From an uncultured Trueperaceae bacterium (GTDB lineage: Bacteria > Deinococcota > Deinococci > Deinococcales > Trueperaceae): DNA of 64,000 nucleotides. Every line of letters starts with the position of its first letter. The first letter of the stretch is position 1. Below are positions 39,204 to 48,744 of the stretch, one piece after another. The position numbers were made by a program, and so were the translations under genes. Below the pieces are notes generated by a model. That model did not search any database. It was not told the DNA's origin and was given only the letters and a program-made list of their open reading frames with translations. Location of the stretch: positions 32,001-96,000 of the forward strand of contig CAVSGP010000015.1 of assembly GCA_963727505.1 (NCBI GenBank), in the 5' to 3' direction.

Positions 39204-40402
39204 GTCGAACCCTGGAACGCAGAGCGGGCGCGGCCCCTCGGGACCGGGACGCCCGCGAGGACGAGGACGTGCGGCAGGTGAGTGGCGTCGACGGAGGGGC
39301 GCTGCCGACCCCACTGGCGCGTCCCCGGCGGCTGCGCACCACGGCCGCGATGCGCGCGCTGGCCAGCGAGACCGGGGTGCAGCCCCACCAGCTGGTGGCG
39401 CCCTTCTTCGTGACGGCGGGGCGCGACACCGTGCAGCCGATCGGCGCGCTGCCCGGGGTGTCGCGGCTCGGCACCGAACCGTTGCTGCGCGAGCTCGAGC
39501 GCGCGCTGAAGCTCGGCATCCGCTCGACGGTGCTCTTCGGGGTGGTGGACTCCGGCGCCAAGGACGCTCACGCCCACGCCGCCGACGACCCGGAGGGGCC
39601 CGTGGCGGCGGCGCTGCGGGCGGCCCGCGCCGCCTTCGGTGACGACCTGGTGCTCATCACCGACGTGTGCCTGTGCGGTTACACCGACCACGGCCACTGC
39701 GGCCTGCTCGCCCCCACGCCACGCGGGCTGGTGGTCGACAACGACGCCAGCCTGGACCGGCTCGCCGCCATGGCCCTCGCCCACGCGGAGGCCGGCGCCG
39801 ATCTGGTCTCCCCTAGCGACATGATGGACGGCCGCGTGGCCGCGCTCCGCGCCGCGCTCGACGGCGCCGGCTTCGAGAACGTCGGGGTGCTGTCCTACGC
39901 CGTGAAGTACGCCTCGGCCTTCTACGGGCCGTTCCGCGACGCGGCGGGCTCGGCGCCCAGCGCCGGCGGCGACGGCGCCGGCGGAGAGAGCGCCGCGAAG
40001 GACCGTCTGGCGGCCTCGGGCGGCTGGGGGCGCGACCGTCCTGTCCACCACGACCTGGTGCCGCCCGCCGACCGCGCCAGCTACCAGATGGACTACCGCA
40101 ACGCCCGTGAGGCGTTGCGCGAGGCCGCGCTGGACGAGGCCGAGGGCGCCGACATGCTGATGGTGAAGCCTGCTCTCCCCTACCTCGACATCCTGGCGCG
40201 CCTGCGCCCGCGCACGCAGCTCCCGCTGGTCGCCTACTTCGTGTCGGGCGAGTACGCCATGATCAAGGCGGCGGCCGCCGCCGGAGCGCTCGACGAGCCC
40301 TCGGCGGTACGCGAGGCGCTCACCGGCATCCGGCGCGCCGGCGCCGACCTGATCATCACGTATCACGGTATCGAGGCGTTGGAGAAGGGCTGGCTGGGGT
40401 GA
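39200..40402 (+). CDS. hemB: Porphobilinogen synthase (ALA dehydratase), Zn-type
   Basis: RPRRLR, DVCLCGYTDHGHCG, SPSDMMDGR, KYASAFYGPFRDA, MVKPA, VSGEYAMI. Confidence 0.96.
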   Translation: MSRTLERRAGAAPRDRDAREDEDVRQVSGVDGGALPTPLARPRRLRTTAAMRALASETGVQPHQLVAPFFVTAGRDTVQPIGALPGVSRLGTEPLLRELERALKLGIRSTVLFGVVDSGAKDAHAHAADDPEGPVAAALRAARAAFGDDLVLITDVCLCGYTDHGHCGLLAPTPRGLVVDNDASLDRLAAMALAHAEAGADLVSPSDMMDGRVAALRAALDGAGFENVGVLSYAVKYASAFYGPFRDAAGSAPSAGGDGAGGESAAKDRLAASGGWGRDRPVHHDLVPPADRASYQMDYRNAREALREAALDEAEGADMLMVKPALPYLDILARLRPRTQLPLVAYFVSGEYAMIKAAAAAGALDEPSAVREALTGIRRAGADLIITYHGIEALEKGWLG

Positions 40403-40580
40403 TCCGCCGGAGGGGCGGCGACGTGCGGATCGTCGTGCCCGGCGGTGTGCGCGCGTTCTCGGGGGGCGACCAGGGCGACCAGGGCGGCCAGCGTTTCTTG
40501 ACGCAACATCCGTTTTCTCAGAGAGATAGAGTGCTCCGCCGGGCCGGCCCGCACCGCCTGCGCCGGAGGAACGCCTGCCC

Positions 40581-41837
40581 GTGGAGGGTGGGCTGACCGT
40601 GCCCGACCCAGGCTCCTCTGCGCGCCCTTCTGCGCGCCCCCTGCGCACTCGGCGTGGCGCCCGCTGGGCCCGTTCCCGGGCAGCCACCCGCCTGGCCTTC
40701 GGTGTCATCGTGGTGTTCGTGCTGAGCCAGGCAGCGTGGTGGATCGTCTTCGAGTTCCGCACCATCCACCAGGCGACGCAGGAGCAGCTCACCTCCTGGC
40801 AGCACGACGCGCGCCTCGCCAACGAGGTCCTGGCGCAGGCGGGCAGCGGGGCGGACGCGCAGGCGGCGCTGCAGCAGCGCATCCTCAGCCGCTACCCCCA
40901 CCTCGCCTACCAGGGGAGCCTGACGGACGGCGGCTTCGTGGTCGACCCCGCGAGCCGGCAGCGCTTCCTGGCCGCGCAGGACCGGCACCTGCGGATGTTC
41001 GCCTTCGAGGGGCCGACGTTCGCGCTGGTGGTGCTATCGATGCTGTTGCTCATCGGCGTCACGCTGCGAAGCGAACGCGAGCTCAAGCGTCGCCAGCAGA
41101 ACTTCCTGTCGGCCATCACGCACGAGTTCAAGACGCCCATCAGCACGCTCAAGTTGCTGGTGCAGACGGCCCAGATGCGCAGCCTGCCGCCTCAGAAGCA
41201 GGAGGAGTACCTGCGCCGCATGGAGGCCGAGCTCGACCGGCTCGAGCGCACCAGCGAGCAGGTGCTGGCCAGCGCCCGCCTCGAGCACGCCGAGCAAACC
41301 CCCGGCTTCGCGCCGTTGGAGCTCAACCACGTCGTCCAGGGCGTCGTCGGCGCGGCCCGCTCCGGCCTGGAGGCCCGCGGGGCCCTGCTCAAGGTCGACT
41401 ACGCGCCCGAGCCGCTGCCCGTGTCCATCGACCCCGACGCCTTCACCGTGGTCCTGAACAACCTGCTGGACAACGCCGTGAAGTACACTCCCGGGGCGGA
41501 GCGGCCGGTGCGCGTGAAGCTCGAGCGCCGGGGCGACGTGATCGAGGTCCACGTGGACGACCACGGCGTGGGGCTGAAAGAGGGCGAGGAGGAACGCGTG
41601 TTCGAGCGCTTCTACCGGACCGGCGACGAGATGACCCGTGAGTCCGAGGGCGTCGGCCTGGGCCTGCACCTGGTGCGCAGCATCACCGAGGCGATGAACG
41701 GCTGGGTGCGCTCCGGCGCCAACCCCGACGCCGAGCGCGGCTCGCGCTTCACCGTGGTGCTGCCGCGGCGCGTCGTCGCCACCGAGCTGGAGCGCGGCGG
41801 GACCGGCGCCCCCAAGGCGCCCGAGGGGGCGCCGTGA
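40581..41837 (+). CDS. Membrane sensor histidine kinase
   Basis: Two TM segments, ITHEFKTP, NLLDNAVKY, DHGVG, FERFYR, GVGLGL. Confidence 0.92.
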   Translation: MEGGLTVPDPGSSARPSARPLRTRRGARWARSRAATRLAFGVIVVFVLSQAAWWIVFEFRTIHQATQEQLTSWQHDARLANEVLAQAGSGADAQAALQQRILSRYPHLAYQGSLTDGGFVVDPASRQRFLAAQDRHLRMFAFEGPTFALVVLSMLLLIGVTLRSERELKRRQQNFLSAITHEFKTPISTLKLLVQTAQMRSLPPQKQEEYLRRMEAELDRLERTSEQVLASARLEHAEQTPGFAPLELNHVVQGVVGAARSGLEARGALLKVDYAPEPLPVSIDPDAFTVVLNNLLDNAVKYTPGAERPVRVKLERRGDVIEVHVDDHGVGLKEGEEERVFERFYRTGDEMTRESEGVGLGLHLVRSITEAMNGWVRSGANPDAERGSRFTVVLPRRVVATELERGGTGAPKAPEGAP

Positions 41838-42595
41838 CGGCGGCCCCTCGCCCGGCCGCGAGCACGCGCTCGAGCGCCGCCAGGGTCCTGATCGTCGAGG
41901 ACGAGGCGGGGCTGGCCGCTGTGCTGGCCGACAACCTACGCGAAGAGGGGCTGGCCGTGAGCACGGCGCCCGACGGGGTGACCGGGGAACAGATGTGGGC
42001 CGACGAGCGCCCCGACCTGGTGGTCCTCGACGTGATGCTGCCCCGCCTCGACGGCTTCGCGCTGTGCGAACGCATGCGCGACGCCGGCTACGACACGCCG
42101 GTGCTCTACCTCAGCGCCCGCGGCGAGGCCGACGACCGCGTGCGCGGCCTGCGCGTCGGGGGCGACGACTACCTCCCCAAGCCCTTCCACCTGCCGGAGT
42201 TCCTGCTGAGGGTCAAGGCGCTGCTCCGCCGCCGTGGCTGGGCCCGGGAAGCGCCGCGCGCCGGCTTCCGCTTCGCCGGCCACTTCGTCGACTACCGCTC
42301 CTGGACCGCCGAGCTGGCCGGCGGCGGGCACGAGCCGCTGGGCGAGCGCGAGCTGGGCATCTTCCGGGTGCTGGCCGAGCGCGCCGGTGAGGTGGTGAGC
42401 CGCGACGACATCCTGGACGCCGTCTGGGGCGACGACGCCTTCCCGTCCAGCCGCACCGTGGACAACTTCGTACTGCGCCTGCGCAAGCTGTTCGAACCCG
42501 ATCCCTCCGCGCCGCGCTACTTCCATACCGTCTGGGGCGTGGGGTACCGCTTCACGCCCGACGGCGAGGCCGAGGAGGCCGCCTACGATGCCTGA
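41834..42595 (+). CDS. OmpR/PhoB family response regulator
   Basis: LIVEDE, LDVMLP, DDYLPKPF, RTVDNFVLRLRK, TVWGVGYRF. Confidence 0.94.
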   Translation: MTAAPRPAASTRSSAARVLIVEDEAGLAAVLADNLREEGLAVSTAPDGVTGEQMWADERPDLVVLDVMLPRLDGFALCERMRDAGYDTPVLYLSARGEADDRVRGLRVGGDDYLPKPFHLPEFLLRVKALLRRRGWAREAPRAGFRFAGHFVDYRSWTAELAGGGHEPLGERELGIFRVLAERAGEVVSRDDILDAVWGDDAFPSSRTVDNFVLRLRKLFEPDPSAPRYFHTVWGVGYRFTPDGEAEEAAYDA

Positions 42596-43676
42596 CGCGA
42601 CCACCGACGAGCCCCTCTTCCTGCGCGCCGCCCGCGGCGAGGACACGCCGCGCGCTCCGATCTGGATCATGCGTCAGGCGGGCCGCTACCTGCCCGAGTA
42701 CCGCGCCCTGAAGGAGCGTCACAGCTTCTGGGAGATGGTGCGCACGCCCGAGCTCGCCGTCGAGGTCACCCTGCAGCCCGTGAAGCGCTTCTCGCTGGAC
42801 GCCGCCATCCTGTTCAGCGACATCATGACGCCGCTGCCCCCGATGGGCGTCGCCATCGAGTTCGACCCCGGGCCGGTGTTCGCCGAGCCGCTGCGCACGC
42901 GCGCGCAGGTCGACGCGCTGGACGTGCCCGATGGGGGAGAGCTGGCCCCGTTCGTGGCCGACGCACTGCGGCTGCTGCGCGCGGCTTCGCCGGTGCCCGT
43001 GATCGGCTTCGGCGGAGCGCCCCTGACGCTGGCCGCCTACGCCGTACAGGGCGGCGGCAGCAAGGACTTCGCGGCCTTCCGCGGCTTCCTCCGCGCCGAG
43101 CGCGCCGCCGCCCACGCCCTGCTGGAGAAGCTGGCCGAGGTGACGCTGCGCTACCTGCGCATGCAGGTGGACGCCGGCGCGCAGGCGCTGCAACTCTTCG
43201 ATTCCTGGGCGGGCTTGCTCGACGAGCGCAGCTACCGCGAGTTCGGCCAACCCTACGCGCAGCGCGTGCTGGAGGGGCTCTCCGATACGGGTGTGCCGCG
43301 CATCTACCTGGCGGTCGACGCCGGCCACCTCTACCCGGCCATCGACGAGCTGCCCGCGGACGTCATCAGCGTCGACTGGCGCCGTCCGCTCTCCGCCGTG
43401 CGCCGCGTGCTGCCGGGCAAGGCGCTGCAGGGCAACCTCGACCCCGCCGCCCTGCTGGGGCCGCAAGAGGAGCTGGCGCAGGAGGCCGAGCGGGTGCTGC
43501 ACGAGGGGCTCGGCGGTCCGCACGTCTTCAACCTCGGCCACGGCATCCTGCGGCAGACCGACCCCGATGCCGTGGCGCGGCTGATCGACGTGGTACACGG
43601 TTTCGACCGGCGCGCCGCGGCCTGGGGCGACACGCTGCCCCGGCGTCCGTCCACGGCCGGCGGAGGCCGCGCATGA
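42588..43676 (+). CDS. hemE: Uroporphyrinogen decarboxylase
   Basis: PIWIMRQAGRYLPEY, AILFSDI, QLFDSWAG, LQGNLDP, FNLGHGI. Confidence 0.97.
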   Translation: MPDATTDEPLFLRAARGEDTPRAPIWIMRQAGRYLPEYRALKERHSFWEMVRTPELAVEVTLQPVKRFSLDAAILFSDIMTPLPPMGVAIEFDPGPVFAEPLRTRAQVDALDVPDGGELAPFVADALRLLRAASPVPVIGFGGAPLTLAAYAVQGGGSKDFAAFRGFLRAERAAAHALLEKLAEVTLRYLRMQVDAGAQALQLFDSWAGLLDERSYREFGQPYAQRVLEGLSDTGVPRIYLAVDAGHLYPAIDELPADVISVDWRRPLSAVRRVLPGKALQGNLDPAALLGPQEELAQEAERVLHEGLGGPHVFNLGHGILRQTDPDAVARLIDVVHGFDRRAAAWGDTLPRRPSTAGGGRA

Positions 43677-44671
43677 GCCGGCGCGAGCGCGTCGTCGAGG
43701 TCATGCGCGCCGGGCAGGCCGCGCTGATCGACGGCTTCGAGGCGATCGACGGCGAGGGCCGCTTCCTGGAGCACGCCTGGGAGCGCCCCGGCGGAGGCGG
43801 CGGCAGCGCGCGGGTGCTCGAGGGGGGCCGCGTGTTCGAGCGCGCCGGGGTCAACCTCTCGGTCGTGCACGGCGAATCCGTCCCGGACAGCCTGGCCCGC
43901 CAGCACCCCTCCGCTGCCGGTAAGCCCTTCTTCGCCACCGGGGTGTCGATGGTCCTGCACCCGGCGAACCCCTACGTGCCGGCCTTCCACGCCAACTTCC
44001 GCTACTTCGAGACCGGCCCAGCGGAGCACACAGGGAACGGCACAGGGAGCGACGCAGGGAACGAAGCTGCGGACGACCCCGACGCGATCTGGTGGTTCGG
44101 CGGCGGCGCCGACATGACGCCCAGCTACCCCTTCGCCGAGGACGCCGTGCACTTCCATCGCAGCCTCCAGGCGCTCTGCGAGCGGCACGCCGAGGTGGCC
44201 GACTACCCGCGCTGGAAGGCGACCTGCGACGACTACTTCACCATCCGGCATCGCGGCGAGATGCGCGGCGTGGGCGGCATCTTCTTCGACGAGATCAGCG
44301 CTCCGGAGGCCGGCGACTTCGCCGGCGAGCTGGCGTTCGTCGAGGACGGCCTCGGGTCGCTACTGGACAGCTACCTGCCGGTGGTGGGGCGCCGGGCGGA
44401 GCTGCCGTTCGGCGAGCGCGAGCGCGACTGGCAGCTCTACCGCCGGGGTCGCTACGTCGAGTTCAACCTGGTCTACGATCGGGGGACCCTGTTCGGGCTG
44501 CAGACGAAGGGCAACATCGAGGCCATCCTCATGTCGATGCCGCCGCTGGCGCGTTGGACCTTCGACCTGCACCCCGAACCCGCGACCCCCGAGGAGCAGG
44601 CGCTGGCCTTCTTCCAACCGCGCGACTGGGCGGGCGCGGAGGCGCAGGCGCTCGAGGACGGCACGCCGTGA
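43673..44671 (+). CDS. hemF: Oxygen-dependent coproporphyrinogen III oxidase
   Basis: VFERAGVN.S, HPANPYVP..HAN.R, WWFGGGAD.TP, RGVGGIFFD, RRGRYVEFNLVYDRGTLFGL. Confidence 0.96.
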   Translation: MSRRERVVEVMRAGQAALIDGFEAIDGEGRFLEHAWERPGGGGGSARVLEGGRVFERAGVNLSVVHGESVPDSLARQHPSAAGKPFFATGVSMVLHPANPYVPAFHANFRYFETGPAEHTGNGTGSDAGNEAADDPDAIWWFGGGADMTPSYPFAEDAVHFHRSLQALCERHAEVADYPRWKATCDDYFTIRHRGEMRGVGGIFFDEISAPEAGDFAGELAFVEDGLGSLLDSYLPVVGRRAELPFGERERDWQLYRRGRYVEFNLVYDRGTLFGLQTKGNIEAILMSMPPLARWTFDLHPEPATPEEQALAFFQPRDWAGAEAQALEDGTP

Positions 44672-44755
44672 CCGGCGAACGACGCGTCGCGGTGCGCCCC
44701 AGCCGGCAGCGGCTCGGCAGCTGCCGCGCCAGACCCCTGAGAGGACGGTGACCGC

Positions 44756-45868
44756 ATGGGCAACGGACCCACGGGAATCGTGATGATGAACCTGGGAGGG
44801 CCGAAGGACCTGAGCGAGGTCCAGCCCTTCCTGCTCGAGCTCTTCGCCGACCGCGAGATCATCCAGCTGCCGGCGCAGGACTGGCTCGGCCCCTTCATCG
44901 CCCGCCGCCGCACGAAGAGCGTGCAGCGCAACTACACCGACATCGGCGGCGGCTCGCCCATCCTGAAGTGGACCGAGGAGCAGGGGAGAGGGATGGTCGA
45001 GCGGCTCGATCGGCTGTCGCCCGACACCGCGCCGCACAAGTTCTACGTGGCGTTCCGCTACGTCAACCCCAAGAGCGAGGACGCACTGAAGGCCATGAAG
45101 GCCGACGGCGTGACGCGGGCGGTGGCGTTCACGCAGTACCCGCAGTTCTCTTGCTCGACCACCGGCTCGTCGCTCAACGAGCTGTGGCGCGCCGCCACGC
45201 GCCTCGACCTGGCGGACGCCTTCGACTGGAGCGTGTTGGACCGCTGGCCCACCCATCCCCGGTTCGTCGAGGCGATGGCGAAGACGGTCGAGGACGGCCT
45301 GGCGCAGTTCAGCGAGGACGACCGCGAGGACGCCCTGATCGTGTTCAGCGCGCACTCCCTGCCGATGAGCGTGATCAACCGCGGCGACGCCTACCCCGGC
45401 GAGATCGGCGCCACCGTCCACGAGGTCATGGAGCGCCTGGACTACGGCTACGAGTACATGATCAGCTACCAGAGCTCGGTCGGGCCGGTGCCCTGGCTGG
45501 GGCCTTCGACCGAGCAGGTGGTCAAGGACCTCGGCGCCAAGGGCCGCAAGAACGTGCTGGTGGTGGGCATCGCCTTCACCAGCGACCACATCGAGACGCT
45601 CCACGAGCTCGACATCGAGTACGGCGAGCTGGCCCACGAGGTCGGTGTCACCAACTTCAAGCGCGCGCCTGCCCTGAACGGGCTACCGCTCTTCCAGGAC
45701 GCGCTCGCCGAGGTCGTGGCCGAGCACCTCGCCTCCGGCGAGGCGTGCACCCGCCAGTACGGCCTTCGTTGCCCGGGCTGCACCAACGAGCAGTGCCGCG
45801 CCATCCTGAACCCGATCGCAAGCTACCGCCGCACGCCGCTCGGCGCGAACGGCAAGGGGCGGACCTGA
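44756..45868 (+). CDS. hemH: Ferrochelatase with animal-type [2Fe-2S] Cys motif
   Basis: MMNLGGP, GGGSPI, FTQYPQFSCSTTGSSLN, FSAHSLP, GDAYP, WLGP, FTSDHIETLHELD, C-terminal CPGCTNEQC. Confidence 0.95.
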   Translation: MGNGPTGIVMMNLGGPKDLSEVQPFLLELFADREIIQLPAQDWLGPFIARRRTKSVQRNYTDIGGGSPILKWTEEQGRGMVERLDRLSPDTAPHKFYVAFRYVNPKSEDALKAMKADGVTRAVAFTQYPQFSCSTTGSSLNELWRAATRLDLADAFDWSVLDRWPTHPRFVEAMAKTVEDGLAQFSEDDREDALIVFSAHSLPMSVINRGDAYPGEIGATVHEVMERLDYGYEYMISYQSSVGPVPWLGPSTEQVVKDLGAKGRKNVLVVGIAFTSDHIETLHELDIEYGELAHEVGVTNFKRAPALNGLPLFQDALAEVVAEHLASGEACTRQYGLRCPGCTNEQCRAILNPIASYRRTPLGANGKGRT

Positions 45869-46101
45869 GTCGGTCACGAGGCGAACCGGACGAGAGCCGG
45901 GCGCGAACCATACGCGAAGCAGGCGCGGTCCTGACGCGGCCCTGTTCCGATCCGTGCCCCTGACGCGCCCCTGACGTGCCCCTGACGTGCCCCCACGACC
46001 CGCCCTCCGGGCACCAGCCGAGACCCCGTTGACGACGACCTAGCGCGCCGCGCCGCGCTCCCGCCGGCCCCCTAGCCTTCTCCCAGGAGAGGAGGTGGGC
46101 C

Positions 46102-47037
46102 GTGGGGCGCGGCGGCATCGAACGGACCGGCAAGCACGGGGGTGCGGCGGCCCGCGGCAGGACGGCCCGGGGTGGGGCGGCCCGCGGCAGGACGGGCCGC
46201 CGTGCAGCGGCGCCAGGCGCGACCGCGCAGCCTGCGGCGCCGCGTGCCGTGCAGCGTGCGGTGCAGCGGGGCGTGCAGCGTGCGGTGCAGCGGGGCGCGA
46301 CGCCGCCGGGCACGCCGGCGCGGGGCGCGCGCGTCGCCAATCTCGTCGGCGCCTGCTTCGCGGTTGCGCTCCTGGCCGCCGGCCCCGGCGTCAGCGCGCT
46401 CGGCGTGGCCCGCAGCATGCGGTGGCGGGCACGTCCCTACCTCGTCGCGCCGGGGTCGGCCGCTCTCCCCAGTGCGTTGCTCCAGCGCGGCCCGCAAGAC
46501 TGCGGGCCGGCGGCGCTCGCCACCGTGCTCGCCTGGCGCGGTCGCCCGGTGGGGGAGGGGCCGATCCTCCGCGTCGCTCACCTGCGCGCCGACGGGGTCA
46601 GCCTCGCCGAGTTGGTGCGGCTGGCGGCCGCGTTCGAGCTGCCGGGCGCCTGGTACGCCGTTCCCCGTCGGAGACTCGACACGCTCCCGACGCCCTTCAT
46701 CGCGCATGTGCGGGCGGGTCGTCACCTCTTCGGCCTTCCTGCCGGAGACGGCGGGCCCGAGCACTTCGTCGCGGTGCGCCGGGTGCTACGTGGGTTCGTC
46801 CTCCTGGCCGATCCGGCGCGCGGGCTGGTGCTCGAGCGCGAGGCGCGCTTCGCACGCTCCTGGACCGGCCGCGTCCTGCTCTTCGACGCGGTGGTGGCAG
46901 CGGTGGTGGCAGTCGCGGGGTCCCGCGCACCGCTCGCTTCGCACAGCGCTTGGCAGAACACCGCCCAGAACGCCGCCCAGAAGGCGGCCCAGAAGGCCCG
47001 GCAGAACACCGTGGCGGCCCCGGAGGGAGCGCCGTGA
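46102..47037 (+). CDS. Stand-alone C39 family cysteine peptidase (double-glycine leader peptidase-like), no ABC domain
   Basis: Q-x4-DCGPAAL, G.SLAELVRLA, HFVAV, LADPARG (Q/C/H/D catalytic set); hydrophobic N-terminal segment; SD AGGAGG before GTG 46102. Confidence 0.85.
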   Translation: MGRGGIERTGKHGGAAARGRTARGGAARGRTGRRAAAPGATAQPAAPRAVQRAVQRGVQRAVQRGATPPGTPARGARVANLVGACFAVALLAAGPGVSALGVARSMRWRARPYLVAPGSAALPSALLQRGPQDCGPAALATVLAWRGRPVGEGPILRVAHLRADGVSLAELVRLAAAFELPGAWYAVPRRRLDTLPTPFIAHVRAGRHLFGLPAGDGGPEHFVAVRRVLRGFVLLADPARGLVLEREARFARSWTGRVLLFDAVVAAVVAVAGSRAPLASHSAWQNTAQNAAQKAAQKARQNTVAAPEGAP

Positions 47038-48704
47038 GGGCCACCGGTCGCATCGGTCGCGTGCTCGGCCGCGTCCCGGGCCGCGCGCTGGGGCACGTGC
47101 TGGGACACGTGCTGGCCCGCCGCCCCTGGGCCGGCGCACTCGCCAGCGGCGCTCTGCTCGTCGTCGCCGCCCGCCCCTGGGGCACGGCATGGCTGGCGAC
47201 GGCATGGCTGGCGACCGTGGCCCTCGTTCCGCTGCTCGCCGCGCTGCGCTCGGAACGGAGCGCCACGCGGGCGGCGCTCCTGGTCGCCGTCACGGTATCG
47301 GGCGCCGCCTACGTGGTCTACGAGGCGCTCGGCCCGTTCACGCCGGCGCTGGTGCCGCTCCTGGCGGCGGCCGCCACCCTCCCCTTCGCCGCGGCCGGCG
47401 CGCTCGCGCCGCGCCTGCGCAGGGCGCTGGGCACCCGCGCCCTGCTGGCCACGTTCCCGCTCTTGTGGCTGGCGGCCGAGGCGCTGCCGGGCCGGAGCTG
47501 GCTGCTGGGCCCGTTCGCCACGCCGCTGTTCGCGGTGGGCTACAGCCAGGCCGGCCTGCCCGCCATGCACTTGGCCCGCTTCGGGGGCGTCGAGGCCGTA
47601 GGGCTGGCGGTGCTGGCCTGCAACGCGCTGCTGGTCCTGGCGCTCGTCGAGCGCGCCGGCTGGGCCTGGGGAGTGCTGGCGGCGCTGGGCGCCGCGGTGG
47701 CAGTGGCGGCGCTCACGGCGCCCGCCCCGCTCGACGACGTGCACGTGCTCGGCACGGGAACGCTGGGCACGGGGCGTGTGGGCACGGGGCCAATCGGCAC
47801 GGGACCAATCGGCACGGGGCCGGTCGATGCCGCGGTGGGCCCAAGAGTGCGCGACGCGGCGACGCCCGACGCGGCGACCCCCGACGCAACGACGCCCGTC
47901 GTGGCCGCCGTCCGCGTGGTGCAGGCGGCCCTGCCCGACGCAGCCTATGCCGCGGCCGCGGCGCTTCCCGCCGCCCGCGCGGCCCTGCTGCGCTCCATCG
48001 TGGCCGGCGCGCTCGCCGCGCCGCTGCCCGCCGGTGCCGGCCTGACGGTCGCGCCCGAGGGCGCGCTCCCCGGTCCGCTGCCGGAGCGTGGGAGCAGCGG
48101 GCTCGAGCCTCTGCTCGCAGGGTTGGGGCCGGCCCTGCTGGGCGGCGCAGCGTACGTCGAGGGGGGCATCGCCAACGCCGCCTTCGCCTGGCGGGACGGC
48201 ACGCTGACACGCGTCTACGCCAAGCAACATCTCGCTCCCATCACTGAGGCCTCCCTCGTACCAGGCCGGAAACCCGGCCTGGTGGCGATCGGCGGCGTGC
48301 GCGTGGCTCCGCTGATCTGCTTCGAGGCGGCCTTCCCCGAGCTGGCGCGGCGCGCGGCCCGCGACGGCGCCCAGCTTCTGGCCGTCCTCACCAACGACGC
48401 CTTCGGGCGCTACCTCGGCACCCCCTGGCAGCACCTCCGCATGGCCCGCTTCCGCGCGGTGGAGACCGGCCGGCCGCTGGCGTTCGCCTCGAACGCCGGT
48501 CCCAGCGCCGTCGTGGACGGTGCCGGGCGCGTCCTCACGCGAACCGCGATCGGTCGGCCCGCCGTGGCCGTGGCCATGGCGAGGCTCGATACCCGGCCGA
48601 CCCCCTACCTCCGGTGGGGGGGCTGGCCGGGCACGCTCGCGCTGGTGGGCAGCGGCCTGCTGGCGCTCGTGGCGGGGGCGAAGGGAGGTCCGCCCAGGCC
48701 CTGA
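47034..48704 (+). CDS. Apolipoprotein N-acyltransferase (Lnt)-like membrane nitrilase-family protein
   Basis: N-terminal TM helices, VGYSQ, catalytic E (APEGAL), K (YAKQHLAP), C (LICFEAAFP), TNDAFG, QHLRMARFRAVETGRP. Confidence 0.85.
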   Translation: MRATGRIGRVLGRVPGRALGHVLGHVLARRPWAGALASGALLVVAARPWGTAWLATAWLATVALVPLLAALRSERSATRAALLVAVTVSGAAYVVYEALGPFTPALVPLLAAAATLPFAAAGALAPRLRRALGTRALLATFPLLWLAAEALPGRSWLLGPFATPLFAVGYSQAGLPAMHLARFGGVEAVGLAVLACNALLVLALVERAGWAWGVLAALGAAVAVAALTAPAPLDDVHVLGTGTLGTGRVGTGPIGTGPIGTGPVDAAVGPRVRDAATPDAATPDATTPVVAAVRVVQAALPDAAYAAAAALPAARAALLRSIVAGALAAPLPAGAGLTVAPEGALPGPLPERGSSGLEPLLAGLGPALLGGAAYVEGGIANAAFAWRDGTLTRVYAKQHLAPITEASLVPGRKPGLVAIGGVRVAPLICFEAAFPELARRAARDGAQLLAVLTNDAFGRYLGTPWQHLRMARFRAVETGRPLAFASNAGPSAVVDGAGRVLTRTAIGRPAVAVAMARLDTRPTPYLRWGGWPGTLALVGSGLLALVAGAKGGPPRP

Positions 48705-48744
48705 CGTCGCTATGGCTCACGCCTCACGCCCCTTGGGAGGAAGC

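Noticed and set aside
39959..40069. Intein or intron in hemB
   Set aside because: Too short, and lacks intein C-terminal HN and splicing motifs; treated as a loop insertion.
37907..40882. 991-aa minus-strand ORF and other long antisense or alternate-frame ORFs (e.g. 24899-27442, 20217-22286, 32285-34216, 61659-63461)
   Set aside because: Shadow ORFs of well-supported genes. They are Arg/Ala/Pro-rich with no motifs, as expected from stop-codon scarcity in very GC-rich DNA.
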